Positions 24,722 through 36,438 of a DNA stretch of 64,000 nucleotides are shown here, in pieces; positions within the stretch are counted from its first letter, which is position 1; each line of letters opens with the position of its first letter. Under the pieces are notes generated by a model that had not been told where the DNA came from, did not search any database, and saw nothing but the letters and a program-made list of their open reading frames with translations. This stretch comes from Podarcis gaigeae. Its lineage: Eukaryota. The stretch lies in the NCBI GenBank assembly GCA_964106915.2, contig OZ066915.1; one strand, 5' to 3'. A program made the translations under genes and the position numbers.

Positions 24722-25840
24722 ATGGGCCTTGAGAATGATTTGCCCAACACCACAGCCTTCTGGTTCCCCTCGCCGTCTCAGTTTGACAGCTTCCCCCCAG
24801 AGACTCCTGCCGCCAACACCTCCATCAACATCACAAGCCCCCACTATGACTTGACTAGCAATGCCATCCTCACCTTCATCTACTTTGTGGTGTGCATTGT
24901 GGGCCTCTGTGGCAACACTCTGGTCATCTATGTCATCCTCCGTTACGCCAAAATGAAGACGATCACCAACATCTACATACTCAACTTGGCTATAGCGGAT
25001 GAACTGTTCATGTTGGGGTTACCTTTCCTGGCTATGCAGGTAGCTCTGGTTCACTGGCCCTTTGGGAAAGCCATCTGCCGGGTTGTCATGACAGTAGACG
25101 GGATCAATCAGTTCACCAGCATCTTCTGCCTCACAGTCATGAGCATTGATAGGTACCTTGCTGTGGTCCATCCTATAAAATCTGCCAAGTGGAGGAGGCC
25201 AAGAACAGCAAAGATGGTCAATGTAGCTGTCTGGGGCATCTCCCTTCTGGTCATACTACCCATCATGATATATGCTGGAGTGAGCAATAACCACGGGAGT
25301 AGTAGCTGTACCATGATCTGGCCAGATGAGTCTGTTGCTTGGTATGTTGGCTTCATCATCTATACCTTCATCTTGGGCTTCTTGGTGCCCCTCACCATCA
25401 TCTGCCTTTGCTACCTGTTTATCATCATCAAGGTCAAGTCCTCTGGCATCAGAGTGGGCTCCTCCAAGAGGAAAAAGTCAGAGAAGAAGGTCACCAGGAT
25501 GGTCTCCATTGTCGTTGCCGTCTTCATCTTTTGCTGGCTTCCCTTCTATATCTTCAACGTCTCGTCAGTCTCTGTTTTGATTGAGCCAACACCTGTCCTC
25601 AAGGGGATGTTCGATTTTGTAGTGGTCCTCACGTACGCCAACAGCTGTGCCAACCCCATCCTTTATGCCTTCTTGTCCGACAACTTTAAGAAGAGCTTCC
25701 AAAATGTCCTCTGCCTTATGAAAGTCAGTGGCATGGATGAAGCCGACAGGAGTGACAGCAAGCAGGACAAGTCTAGGCTAAACGAGGCCACAGAAACCCA
25801 GAGGACATTGCTCAATGGTGACCTTCAGACAAGCATCTGA
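24722..25840 (+). CDS. SSTR2: Somatostatin receptor type 2 (class A GPCR), 372 aa, uninterrupted CDS
   Basis: Kozak CCACCATGG; seven TM segments; GNTLV, LAIAD, DRY, CWLPF; somatostatin-receptor signature [18 protein letters not shown]; SSTR2A-type C-terminus [12 protein letters not shown]; upstream of COG1 as in mammals. Confidence 0.99.
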   Translation: MGLENDLPNTTAFWFPSPSQFDSFPPETPAANTSINITSPHYDLTSNAILTFIYFVVCIVGLCGNTLVIYVILRYAKMKTITNIYILNLAIADELFMLGLPFLAMQVALVHWPFGKAICRVVMTVDGINQFTSIFCLTVMSIDRYLAVVHPIKSAKWRRPRTAKMVNVAVWGISLLVILPIMIYAGVSNNHGSSSCTMIWPDESVAWYVGFIIYTFILGFLVPLTIICLCYLFIIIKVKSSGIRVGSSKRKKSEKKVTRMVSIVVAVFIFCWLPFYIFNVSSVSVLIEPTPVLKGMFDFVVVLTYANSCANPILYAFLSDNFKKSFQNVLCLMKVSGMDEADRSDSKQDKSRLNEATETQRTLLNGDLQTSI

Positions 25841-28800
25841 AAGATCTCTGCCCACTCATCTCCTTCCTGCTTCTTCACAGAAGCCCGCAGCAAGTCAGCA
25901 TAACAGCCTTTGGTCCTTCTTTCAAGGGAATGGTAATGCATGCGAAGGATTGGTTCAGGGGACAGACTTGCTTCTCGGCCAACAGCAGGCTGGTTTTAAG
26001 GATATTAATCGAAAGGAGAAGTATATTGTGGGAGTGACTGACTAGAAATAGTCATAAATGTGTACACACTTGTACATGCGTGTTTGAATACAAGGGATGA
26101 TGCAGCATTGATCGTATCCCTGTGCTAAATCCATTTGAATTAATTTGAACTTTTTTAAAAAAAAAAAAAACAACCCTTCACGGGTCAGATTTTCCAAACA
26201 GGGTCTAGAATTTCAAAAGCTCCATCTCCAATAATTTGAGTTAAATTATTAAAAGAAGAACATGGCTGACACACAAAGACACCGGAATAAGGACGAAGGT
26301 GATAAGTATTCCACAAGTTCACATACTGAATTATATATATTTTTTATCAAGCTAGCCTCTTTGCAGCCATCACCACCCCTTCTAAATGATAGGTACTTTG
26401 AAAGTTTAGCTCTATGTGCTTTTCAAGTAGGCAAAACATTAAGCTCATATGTTTTATATAAAAATCAAAAACTGTCATGAGATATTGGGAGGGAGGGAAG
26501 GAGGGTGAGGTGGTAAATGAGTAATTGCATTATATTGCTCTTGTTTATGGAACAGCTAATGAAATGAGGTCTTCAGAGATGGGATCAGAAATCTTCATAG
26601 CTTGAATTAAATAAGTATATAGTATGCTAATAGGGTGACAGAGAGACTTGTCTCTAACTGTAACGAGAGCCCCTTTCCATGACTTCAAAGACATGGCAAA
26701 TATGTTGTCATCCCTCCATCCCTTTGCCTCCTACATAATGGTTTCCCCAATAAACAATCTTTTTTGTGGATAGGAATGATGTTATCAGAGTCTGAGAGCA
26801 GTTCTCCAGCATCTGAGTCCAAAAGCCACAATATGTTAACTTTGCCACGCAAACGTTACGAAGTCATCATTGAGCTTTTGAGTTCACCAGAACTCTTCAT
26901 CAGACTGGATCTTGCTCACAATTTTGTGACATTTTGGTTGGTCCTAATAGAGGTATTAATGTATTGTGGATTTTGGATCCTCCCCCCCCCCAGTGCATCA
27001 ACATGGCTGCGTACAATTTTTGTCAAAACCATGATTGGAGACGGGTGAGAATGCATACCTCCTTGGTCTTGCATAAGTGAAATAGCCATCACAGATCAAA
27101 CAACAGAGGCAAGGCTTTAACATAATTTCTGCTTGCCACCTTTTCTTTAACCAGTAAAAAAATAAATAAAAACTGGCCTGGACACTGAAAACAAAACAAC
27201 AACTCTCCAAAACCAACCAAGCAACCAGCTAGGTTGCAACTTCAGGTCAATTAAGGAAGGAGCCTTTATAAGTCCTCCCTGCCCCGTACATACCAAGAAG
27301 GTGTCTTGAGTTTGCCACTGACAGAGGACTTTAATGTACTAAGGACACTGTGGGTGGGAAAAGCCTGAGCATGGCTTCCATTTCAGAATCTATAACCTTG
27401 TGGAGATTGCTCGAGAGCTTAACTTGCACTTGCTGAGAGAAGAAAGAATGAGCCTTTAAGCCTACTTAAAAACAGAGTGGTCACATTTAATAAAAGCTTG
27501 AGATGGTGGTGGGGGTGGAGAAAGAGAAGTGTTGGGTGGATTGCTTCAGTAAGCAACTAGGAGCCAATTCCATCATCCTGTTGATTTCCCTCTCATTGTC
27601 CCATTTCCACAGTGCCCTGGCCTATGATTCTATGATGCCTCCTTTTGCTCCTCCATTCAAATGCTTGACCCATGAATCCCACATCCCCACACAATTTCAC
27701 CAAGGTTTACATGCAGAGCAAAGTATGCAAATTGAGCCCACATGTGCATAAATGTCCAGTTTCTATAGAGTTTCTGTTCTCCTAGTTCAAGGTTTCCTGG
27801 CTGCAGAAGCCGACTTGTTTGATGAAGAGTAGTTTTGGTTCTCCCGCTACCTGTCCTCAGCAGAAAAGTTTGTCTGCGGGGCTATTTGCACTGTTGTCAG
27901 TATGTTTCGGGGAGTTTTGAGTGTAGACTATTAAGTTTTATGACCTGGGAGGTTTAAAGAGCTCTGCCCAGGGAAGGACATTATGACAGGGTTCCAGATG
28001 GCAAGCGACTCCCACAACTTCTGTCTTGGGCTGTGATTTTTACTATTGAGTATAGGCAAGCAGAGCCACGACTAGAGGATCCTGATGAAGGAGCTGGCAG
28101 GAGCTGAGTATTCCCTGCTTTACAGTAAATTGTTTCATTTATCACAAATCTCTGATTGATTAAAAAGAAACAGAAGGAAGAGCCCACACCATCAGGCTAT
28201 TAGAACAACAGGAAGAGCATGCTGGCTCTGCCACCCTAGCCTCCTTTTCGGTTCTCACTGTCCTGAAACTTGTGGAAGGTGAACTTCTGCAATGGAAAAC
28301 CTTTTCAACAGCAACGCTTGAGACCCCTGGAAAATCAGGGTTTTAAAAATGCATCAGCAGACACACTGAAGAAAGGCAACCAAAATGAAGCCACCAACTC
28401 TAAAATACATTCTTGCCACAATTTCTTAGTTGTTTACAGAGCAGTCCAAATGCCTCTTGCACCAGGCTGAGATGAGGCAGTTTGGATTGAGCAGAGATGG
28501 CTTTTTTTACACAGCCCTGCCACCCTCTGCCTGCAGAGTCATGCCAGCACCAGTCTGCTGGCACAGAGCTCTTCCTTTTGCCTGCTGAACTGCCACTGAT
28601 GAGCACTCTACTGGTGGCAGCCAGCGGAAAGATTTCAACCACTTTCAGCCTCAGCCAGCATGCTTGCTTGGGCTGTGGATGTGGCTCCATAGCTCCACTC
28701 CTTGAAGACACCCCAGACAGCAGCTGGGGTTGAAATTGATGTGTCCAGCTCTTCGGCTGCAATGCTGTTCATACTTACTTGGAAAGTAGCCCCTCCTCCC

Positions 28801-31800
28801 ACTGAACATAGTGGTACTTACTTTTGAGTAAATGTAAGTAGGCTCATGATTTATGGATCCTTCAAGCAAAGAAGCTTCTGCTCCTGTTCACGCCTGCATC
28901 CCTGGGAGCAAACCCCATTGAACTCAGTGGTACTTATTCCTGCGTAGAAGTGCACAGGAGGAATTGCTCTGAATTTCCTCTGAAGCTCTCGCACTGTTAT
29001 TTGGGCACCTGTTGACTGTAGTTAATGCAAGCGGGGTAGACAGGAGAAGAGAGACATTTAAAATAAAATGCGTACCCCAGCCAGTTTGCATCAGCCACAG
29101 GCACCGATGTAAGCCTTGTTTTGGTATTTATTTTCACCCCCAATATGACATATGGGAAGGTTTTGACTTCCCAGGCATGCATTGTTTCTTAAATATAACA
29201 TGAGAAATAATAAATAATCATATCCCATTTTTAGATGACTTTTTTTTAAAAAAAAAAAAACAACAAACAGAAAGCTTTTGAAGTCAGATCCTGCGTGCCC
29301 TAGCAGAAATGGAAAACCCCACAAATGTCTTCATTCAGGCATTTGTTTGCATTACAAATTCCTCCCCACCATTTTCTCTTCTGGGTGGATAGCAAGATAT
29401 AGATAAGCAGCTTAAGAAAGGCTGGGTTGTGACTTTAGCCTTACATGTAAAACTCTCCCTGTTCTTGTTGAAAATGTAAATGACACTTTAGAGCCTAGGA
29501 AACAATGTGGTTTGATTAAACTCCTTTGGCAGAAAGTGTTGTTCTGCCACAGGGGTAAGAAACCTGGTGCTGTTGGGCATCCACTGCAGCCAGACAGGGT
29601 GATGGGAATTGTAGTGCTGCCACATCTGGAGAGCACCAGGTTCCCCACCAGAGCTCTGTCCTTCAGCCCCAAGCCAACCTTCCAACAAGCCCAGTTGCCC
29701 CAGCCACCACTCCTTCTCCACCCACACCTCATGTCCAGGTTGTCTCTTGTTACTCCTAAGGGGCTTGGCTTAGCTTGGTGTTGGAAGTCTTAAGCAAGGC
29801 TGCAGGAGTATTCCTTACAGTTACAATGCTATCACTGCAGCTTCCTCTTGCAAACAGGCAAAGCAGAGGGGTTTCGCCTCCATCCAGCGTACAACGTCTT
29901 ACCACATTTGGTGCCTCATGCGGTGGAATTATTTTATTATCTCTTTTGGTCTCGGAGGATGTGCATTCTTAGATCTTCTTTATTAAGAGAAGTAAATATT
30001 AACTGAGGCTTTGTGGCGACTGTGTAGAATATGCCAGTGAGGATTAAATGGGAGCTCAGCACATTACATTAAGATGAAAAAATCGCCTTGTGGCTGCTAG
30101 GTGCTGATAAAGGCGCTTTCTTTTTATTAGATGATGGCTTAATGTTGTGGCCACAACATTGCGTCAGAGTGGCTTTAGTACTTTAGTATGAAGTGGGTAA
30201 CACGGGAGCGTATTTGCAGAGAGAGAGGAGGAGTTTTGCTCCACCATTGGCCTGACTACTAAAATACAGCCATGTTCTCCTATTCAAAAATTTGCACACC
30301 TCGTTTTATGTTGCATACAACAATCGAATGGCCTGGTGTGGCTACCCAGAAGGCGAGAAAGATGGAAGACCTCGTGTTGTAGTATGTGGAGTATACTGGC
30401 AGCAACAGAAAGATGGGGTGTTGGTTCAGGGATGAATAAGCAACAGCTTAGATGACCCCTGTCCGAGGGGAAGGCGGAATTCAGTGGCAGGCGCACAGCA
30501 GAGCTGGGAGTGATAGAACCTTGCAAGTACAGTTGGCTTGTTTCTCAGTCAGAAGGGGAAAGAGGCTCTGGCAAGCCAGAATGGATGGAAGAGTTGTTAG
30601 GCTCAGAGGTCAGAAAAGGATGCCAGTTTAATCATTCAGCAAAAGAACCTGCTAATATTTTAATCAGGTGCTTATGCATGGTAAATGCTGATCTTCTATA
30701 CAACTCTGTAAAGCACTGTAGCCCTTTTGAAAAACCGGTGAGCTCTATGTGGATTGTTCAGTTGGCTAGTCTGGGCACATTTCACTTCATGCATCCTTCT
30801 GCAACACAATAATATCAATGATGTTTGTCTGTTCTGTAAACCACACTTGACTTTGGAGGATCTCACTAGACTGCGGTCATTTCTGTGATTCCGTACTCAG
30901 AAGACTTCCATTGAAAGTTTTCAAGTCAACCAGGTTCAAAGCATTTTAATCTGTTGTTAATCTCCGGCAGTTGAAATAGTGGGAACCTAGGAGCTGCTTC
31001 TCCCACGCAATTTCCTTATGGCAGTCTTAACGATAATATTATTTTGATCTCCAATCTGGCGAGATCAAGTACTAGCACTCAGTGTTCATGGCATATCCAT
31101 ATAGAGTTTATCTGCCAAATATTCCCCAAATGCCCACAAAGCTCTTTTGTCCTTGGTGGCATTTTTAATTGCTTGGGGAATTAAAGATAGTGGTTTCACA
31201 GCCCACCCATTTCCTGCTGTGAGGGATTCCTTAGTGGCTATCACTTTTATATATCACAACTTATTTCACTTGGACCTCACAGCTGAATTGCTCCCAATAG
31301 AGTCCTCCCTCTGTAACCGCCAAGAAAAGTTTGTCCAAAGAACATTCAGTACTTTTAGATCTCTAGCATCCTCTAGCTGTGTGGAGAGAATAGCATCCTT
31401 GTTTCCTTTAATAGCATGTTCACCTTGCCACTCCATTGCTTTTCACTATAAGGGCCATTCCAGGTAACCCTAACCCTAACTGAGATTTGTTTGCAAGGAG
31501 ATCAGATAACGCTGGCTGTTTTATTGAGCATTCTTTCCGATTTATTTGCAGAGAGGGCATAGATGCAGTTGCATCAAAAGAATAATATGTAATATCCTAC
31601 CCTTTCCTTATTGTAAATAAGGCTGTTCTTCGGGGGGGGGGGGAGTGGGTTTGTTGCACAACCATTGCAAGTCAGCTTTAATGGTGCAACCTGAATTTGC
31701 CCATATGGGATTGAATCCCACCCCAAAATAGCAACAGTCAGGAAACATCCAAAGAGGAAAGCATACGTGTTCACATCTTTTGAGAAGTATCAGGAAAAGG

Positions 31801-34039
31801 AGGCCAGCTTTAGATGTTTATTTAGGTGGTCACCTAATGAAATATTCACTGCCCTGCCTCTCCCCCCCCCATCCATTCTCCTTTGAGAATTTAAAGGATC
31901 TGAACGAGAAAGAAGAGTCCTTACCGATGTATTAGTCCTATCTATGATTCCTTTAGGGCAGTGTTTTCCAAATGGTATTGCAGGGAACTTTGGGATTTTC
32001 TGCAGGTTCCTGAATTAGAAGATCAGTAATAGTGGGCTTGCTTCTCTAGAAGATAGGGAGTGGTGGACAAGCCATTTTCCCCTTCATTGTGCAATATCGG
32101 GTTGCATCTCACTGGGTTTTGTTTCAAGTTTGTAGATGAAGGGTCATTGTGCAAAGCTCTTGTTCTTATGTAGTGGGAATGATGAAAGGTATGCACATCT
32201 TTGATTTAGGACTGAAAGTGTGACATATGCACTAGACAGCAAGGCTGCTGCATCTTTAGCCAATTTTTCTATATATAAGAAAAAAATAGCAGGTGCATCT
32301 TTTCTCAGTTTTGGACCAGAGAGATGCAACAGGCTGCAGAAGCTGCCCTGATGTCCCCATCAGTTCCACTGGTACAGGAACCCAGTCCTCTAAATTGCAC
32401 CTGGCCACCTGTTAAAGTTTAAACTAAACCTTTATATAATTTTCAGATAATAGAGTGTTAACAGACCCCATGGATCTTCTCATCCAATATGTAGTTCAAA
32501 CAGGACATGGATATATTCGTTTTACATATTTATATTCTGCATAGAGTGTATTTAAGGGAAATATATTTATTCTATATATTTATAGTCTATTTAAGAATAT
32601 ATTTATAAAGCGTCTCTATCAGATTCTTGGCCAACTTTTTCTTGGAAACCTGAAAGAAAGGAATCCTGCAGCTTTTACCAGGGCACCTTGGAAGAAGTTC
32701 AGCATTCCTGGATCTAATGGAACCTCAGTTGTTGGGTTTGAATCTCTCTTCGTGTAGTTGAAAACCAATGGTTCTAATCCTATCCTTGGTGGATAAGTGA
32801 GCAGCTGATTTCCATCTCCTTTTCTAAGATCCTTTTAAACATCTGAAAACTGCTAGCTGATTTTAGCTTGTTCTCACCGAATTTGTTTTCTAGACTAGAA
32901 AGATAACTTAGCGGTCAATGCATCCAGATAAGCCTGAAAGAGACACATTGGAACATTTGCTTGGTTCCAGCTTACTTTTCTCTCTTTTCCTCTTTCAAAG
33001 TTCAAAACTGAAAGAAGAACAATCTGATTTGTGTGACACCTCCCAGTGTCCTGCTAGACACCTGGCTACTTAGATGTCCCCAGATAATAATTTCAGTTTA
33101 TCCATTCGCAAATGACTGCTTTAAAACAAAGTGATTTCAGTGCTAAGTGCAAGTTTATCTCTCTTCAACTAAAACCAATAGGTTTTAAGAGTGATTAACC
33201 TTAGCTGCATCATTCCTCCCAGCTGCCAGCCAAAGCCCTCTTCTGCAGAGCTATCAGGGTGAAGTTAAGTGCAGCAGAGACAGTTTGACAATGCCTCTGG
33301 TGCACCGTAAACAAGTGCACATTATGCTCTGTTGTAGTAAGCTGTGGCAAAAACCCAAAAGTTCAGCAGGCTTTCAGAATAGCTTTAGTAGGGGGAAGCT
33401 GTGACTGGCTCTTATTGGCTGTTACAAAGGTAGGCGACGTGCCCCCCTCTAGATGTCATTGGAATATAATTTCCATCATTGGCCATGCTGAAGGAAGCTG
33501 ATGAGAGTTTTAGTGCAGCAACACACTGCCTATCTTTGGCCATGGCATTAGTTTAAAAACCCTCCCTTCTCCCTGGAAAGCTTTTGCAAACTTTTCTGTG
33601 ATCTGGAGGGAGAGGGAGGTGAGAGGAAAAGATGGCGCTGAATGGGTTTCTTCCTGTTTTCCCAGGGCACGCCAAGCTGAGCAAAGGAAGCTGTGCCAGT
33701 CCAGGCTATTTGACCATCTGGTCCAGGATAGTCTATTCTGAGAGGTAGCAGAGCTCAGAGCCAGGGCTCTCATGCCACCTGTTTGCCTGATCCATTAAAA
33801 AACCCCACACAAAGAGAGACGGAAAGGTTTGAACCTGTGTCATTCTGCATGCTCTCTCCCAGTGAAAGATGCCCAGGCTGCCCTGCAGCTTTCAACTTAA
33901 TATGTTGCACAAGCTAAAACGTTGATCATCTCAGGACAGCAGTCCTCTTTCTTGCTGACTAACCATACCTGTTCTGAGTTTTTGCTTGGCTTTCTCGGTT
34001 GCCTCTTCTCACCTTGAGCCAGTGCACCTCTTTTCTTGA

Positions 34040-34289
34040 GCTAGTGTGGTGTAGTGATTAAGAGCGGTAGACTCGTAATCTGGTGAACTGGGTTTGCTTC
34101 CCCGCTCCTCCACATGCAGCTGCTTGGTGACCTTGGACTAGTCACACTTCTCTGAAATCTCTCAGCCCCACTCACCTCACAGAGTGTTTGTTGTGGAGGA
34201 GGAAGGGAAAGGAGATTGTTAGCCGCTTCGAGACTCCTTAGGGTAGTGATAAAGCAGGATATCAAATCCAAACTCTTCTTCTTCTCTTC
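34040..34289 (+). mobile_element. tRNA-derived SINE, Squam3-type, full length
   Basis: Near-identical to 1762-2010; (CTT)n tail. Confidence 0.85.
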
Positions 34290-35099
34290 ATTGTAGACTT
34301 GTCTCCTGGAAAGCGTAGGCTTATACCTTGGGGTATAGAAATGCCTTACGCAGAGTCAGGCCAGTGGTGCATCTGGCTCAGTATTATCCATCCTTTCTCC
34401 AGCAACAGCTCTCCCAAGGTTTCAGACAGGGCTCCCTCCCATCTCTTATCTGAAGATGCCATGCCAGGAGTTGAACCTTCAACCTCCTGCAAACAAAAGC
34501 AGATGATCTACCACTTTGCTGCAGCTAAGGTAAGGGTTCTGTGCTTGGGCAGAATGAAATGACTGTCTATTTCAAAGTGCTGCAGAAAGAGCCTCAAGAC
34601 TCAGCACGCCGCCACAGATATTATTTTGTTTTATTTATTTATTTTTTTAGATTGCAGATCTGTAGTCTCAACCAGCATTGTTAGACCTGTGCTTTTTATA
34701 TTGTGCTTCTCGTCACATGCTGCATGTAAAGGGGGTGCGTAACTATATGGTCTGATCAGAGGAATGTGTATCCATGGCAACACCATGTATTACCTAAAGA
34801 TGCATACACATATCACTGGGGGGTGGGGAACCAGTTCCTTTGCTTTTGTGATCTGCATCTGGCTCCAGGCACATTGCAGGGCAAAGGGGCAAGATAGGTA
34901 ACATCTGGTCTCTTTCTGCTCCTCAGTGAATAGTTTTATTCTCTGCTCCTGTAGGGATGTTCAAACGCTGCTACCTGCCATTTCATGCTTCTGAACCCTG
35001 CTTTCTTCTTCTTCGCTGCTATCTGATTTGTAACCCACCCCACAGCTTCCTTTTCAGCCCCTGACCTCTCCTGTCTCACCTGCATAGCTCAGACTGTAA

Positions 35100-35318
35100 T
35101 CCGGCCCAATCACCTTCTAAATCCAGCCCACGGACAGTCCGGGAATCAGTGTGTTTTTACCCAAGTAGAATGTGTGGTTTTATTTAAAATGCATCTCTGG
35201 GTTATTTGTGGGGCATAGGAATTCGTTCATTTTTTCCCCTTCAAAATATAGTCCGGCCCCCCACAAGGTCTGAGGGACAGTGGACTGGCCCCCTGCTGAA
35301 AAAGTTTGCTGGCCCCTG
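35100..35318. mobile_element. Non-autonomous hAT/Charlie element, OC1 (OposCharlie1)-like end
   Basis: Terminus TAGTCCGGCCCCCCACAAGGTCTGAGGGACAGTGGACTGGCCCCCTGCTGAAAAAGTTTGCTGGCCCCTG resembles the OC1-type end as recalled. Confidence 0.6.
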
Positions 35319-35417
35319 TTGTAAGCCTCTGGCTGGTCCCATGTCATTGTAGCGCAACACCTAACAAACACACTGTTGGCAGCATATCTATGATTGTCAA
35401 TTAGTAGTGGAAGTTGC

Positions 35418-35849
35418 TAGGGATGGGAGGGAAGCTTGATTCAGTTCAAGGATGAACCTTCTAATTCACACTTTCTGAAGCAACGTGTGAACCAAAGCAC
35501 AGCCAGCCAGCCTTTGAAATTCACACTTGTCTGCAGTTCTCCAGCCAACTAATCTGATTTTAAAAATTAGATAAATGCACATACTACCGTATAAATTAAA
35601 AAATTGTATATCAGTGAACGCAGCGTATGGAATTGCACTGTATTAGGGAGACGCGCTTTGCAAAAGTGTGCCCATTAAGCAAACTTGATAGTGTATATTA
35701 GGAGAAATTGACACTAAAATGCTGGTGAGTTTTCATGAAGGCTAAAAAATAATAATCACAAACTGATGTGGAAACATGGAGAACTGAAGATTAGGAAAAT
35801 AATACATGAAACTGAGAGAAACCAAAACTGACAGATCCATCTATCTCTA
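35418..35849. mobile_element. Old MITE-like interspersed repeat
   Basis: Imperfect terminal match TAGGGATGGGAGGG / TCCATCTATCTCTA; resembles a common lizard repeat. Confidence 0.4.
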
Positions 35850-35904
35850 GCCATAGCTGTATTCTCTCCTCCCCACCCAATATAGGGCCCTCAGTATAAG
35901 AAGG

Positions 35905-36200
35905 CTAAGAAACAAACCCTGCACAAATCCGGAGTAAAGTCCCTAAGACAGCTGGATGGCGCCTAGTACGCTTCCTTCCAGCAACTCCTGCAGCCACGTT
36001 GGTGCCAAACATATTGCTCAGCTTTCCTTTGGACCACATCAGTGGGGCTGAGAAGAGGGTCTTGTCATCTGGCCAGCCCAGGACTTCCATACACACTGCC
36101 CCAGGCTTGCACCCCAGGGAGGTCAGTTGAGTGCTGCTAACACAGCAGTTTGACTTCACCCCTGGAGGTGCACTCCATTGTTTCTTGAGACAGATGGATG
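35905..36200 (-). mobile_element. Probable RTE-type LINE 5' fragment
   Basis: Resemblance to lizard RTE 5' regions as recalled; no diagnostic domain. Confidence 0.35.
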
Positions 36201-36370
36201 TCAACAACAATGGTCTTTAAGCAACACATTCAAATGTCTTAGCAAGCGTCAGTGCAAGTGAACTGGTATGAATGCTGGCCCAGTGGGACTCTGGTTCCAC
36301 AGAGCAGGAGTTGTAGTAGGAAAGACCCTGTAAGTGCACTTTGGATAGAAGTGATCGTAAGCAAGGCTCC

Positions 36371-36438
36371 TGCATTGCACTCCTCCACTCAAGCCTTTGG
36401 CATAATGCATTGCACTCCTCCACTCAAGCCTTTGGCAT
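36371..36438. repeat. Perfect 33-bp direct repeat, two copies (period 35)
   Basis: TGCATTGCACTCCTCCACTCAAGCCTTTGGCAT at 36371 and 36406. Confidence 0.95.

Noticed and set aside
28590-28640. CTGATGAG...GAAA as a hammerhead ribozyme
   Set aside because: Stem II cannot close properly before GAAA and no stem III/I with an NUH site is evident.
28400-28762. 120-aa minus-strand ORF as an unannotated gene
   Set aside because: Non-ATG start, no recognisable homology and no consistent exon structure.
31465-31480. Interstitial telomeric repeat (TAACCC)n
   Set aside because: Fewer than three units; compatible with chance or slippage.
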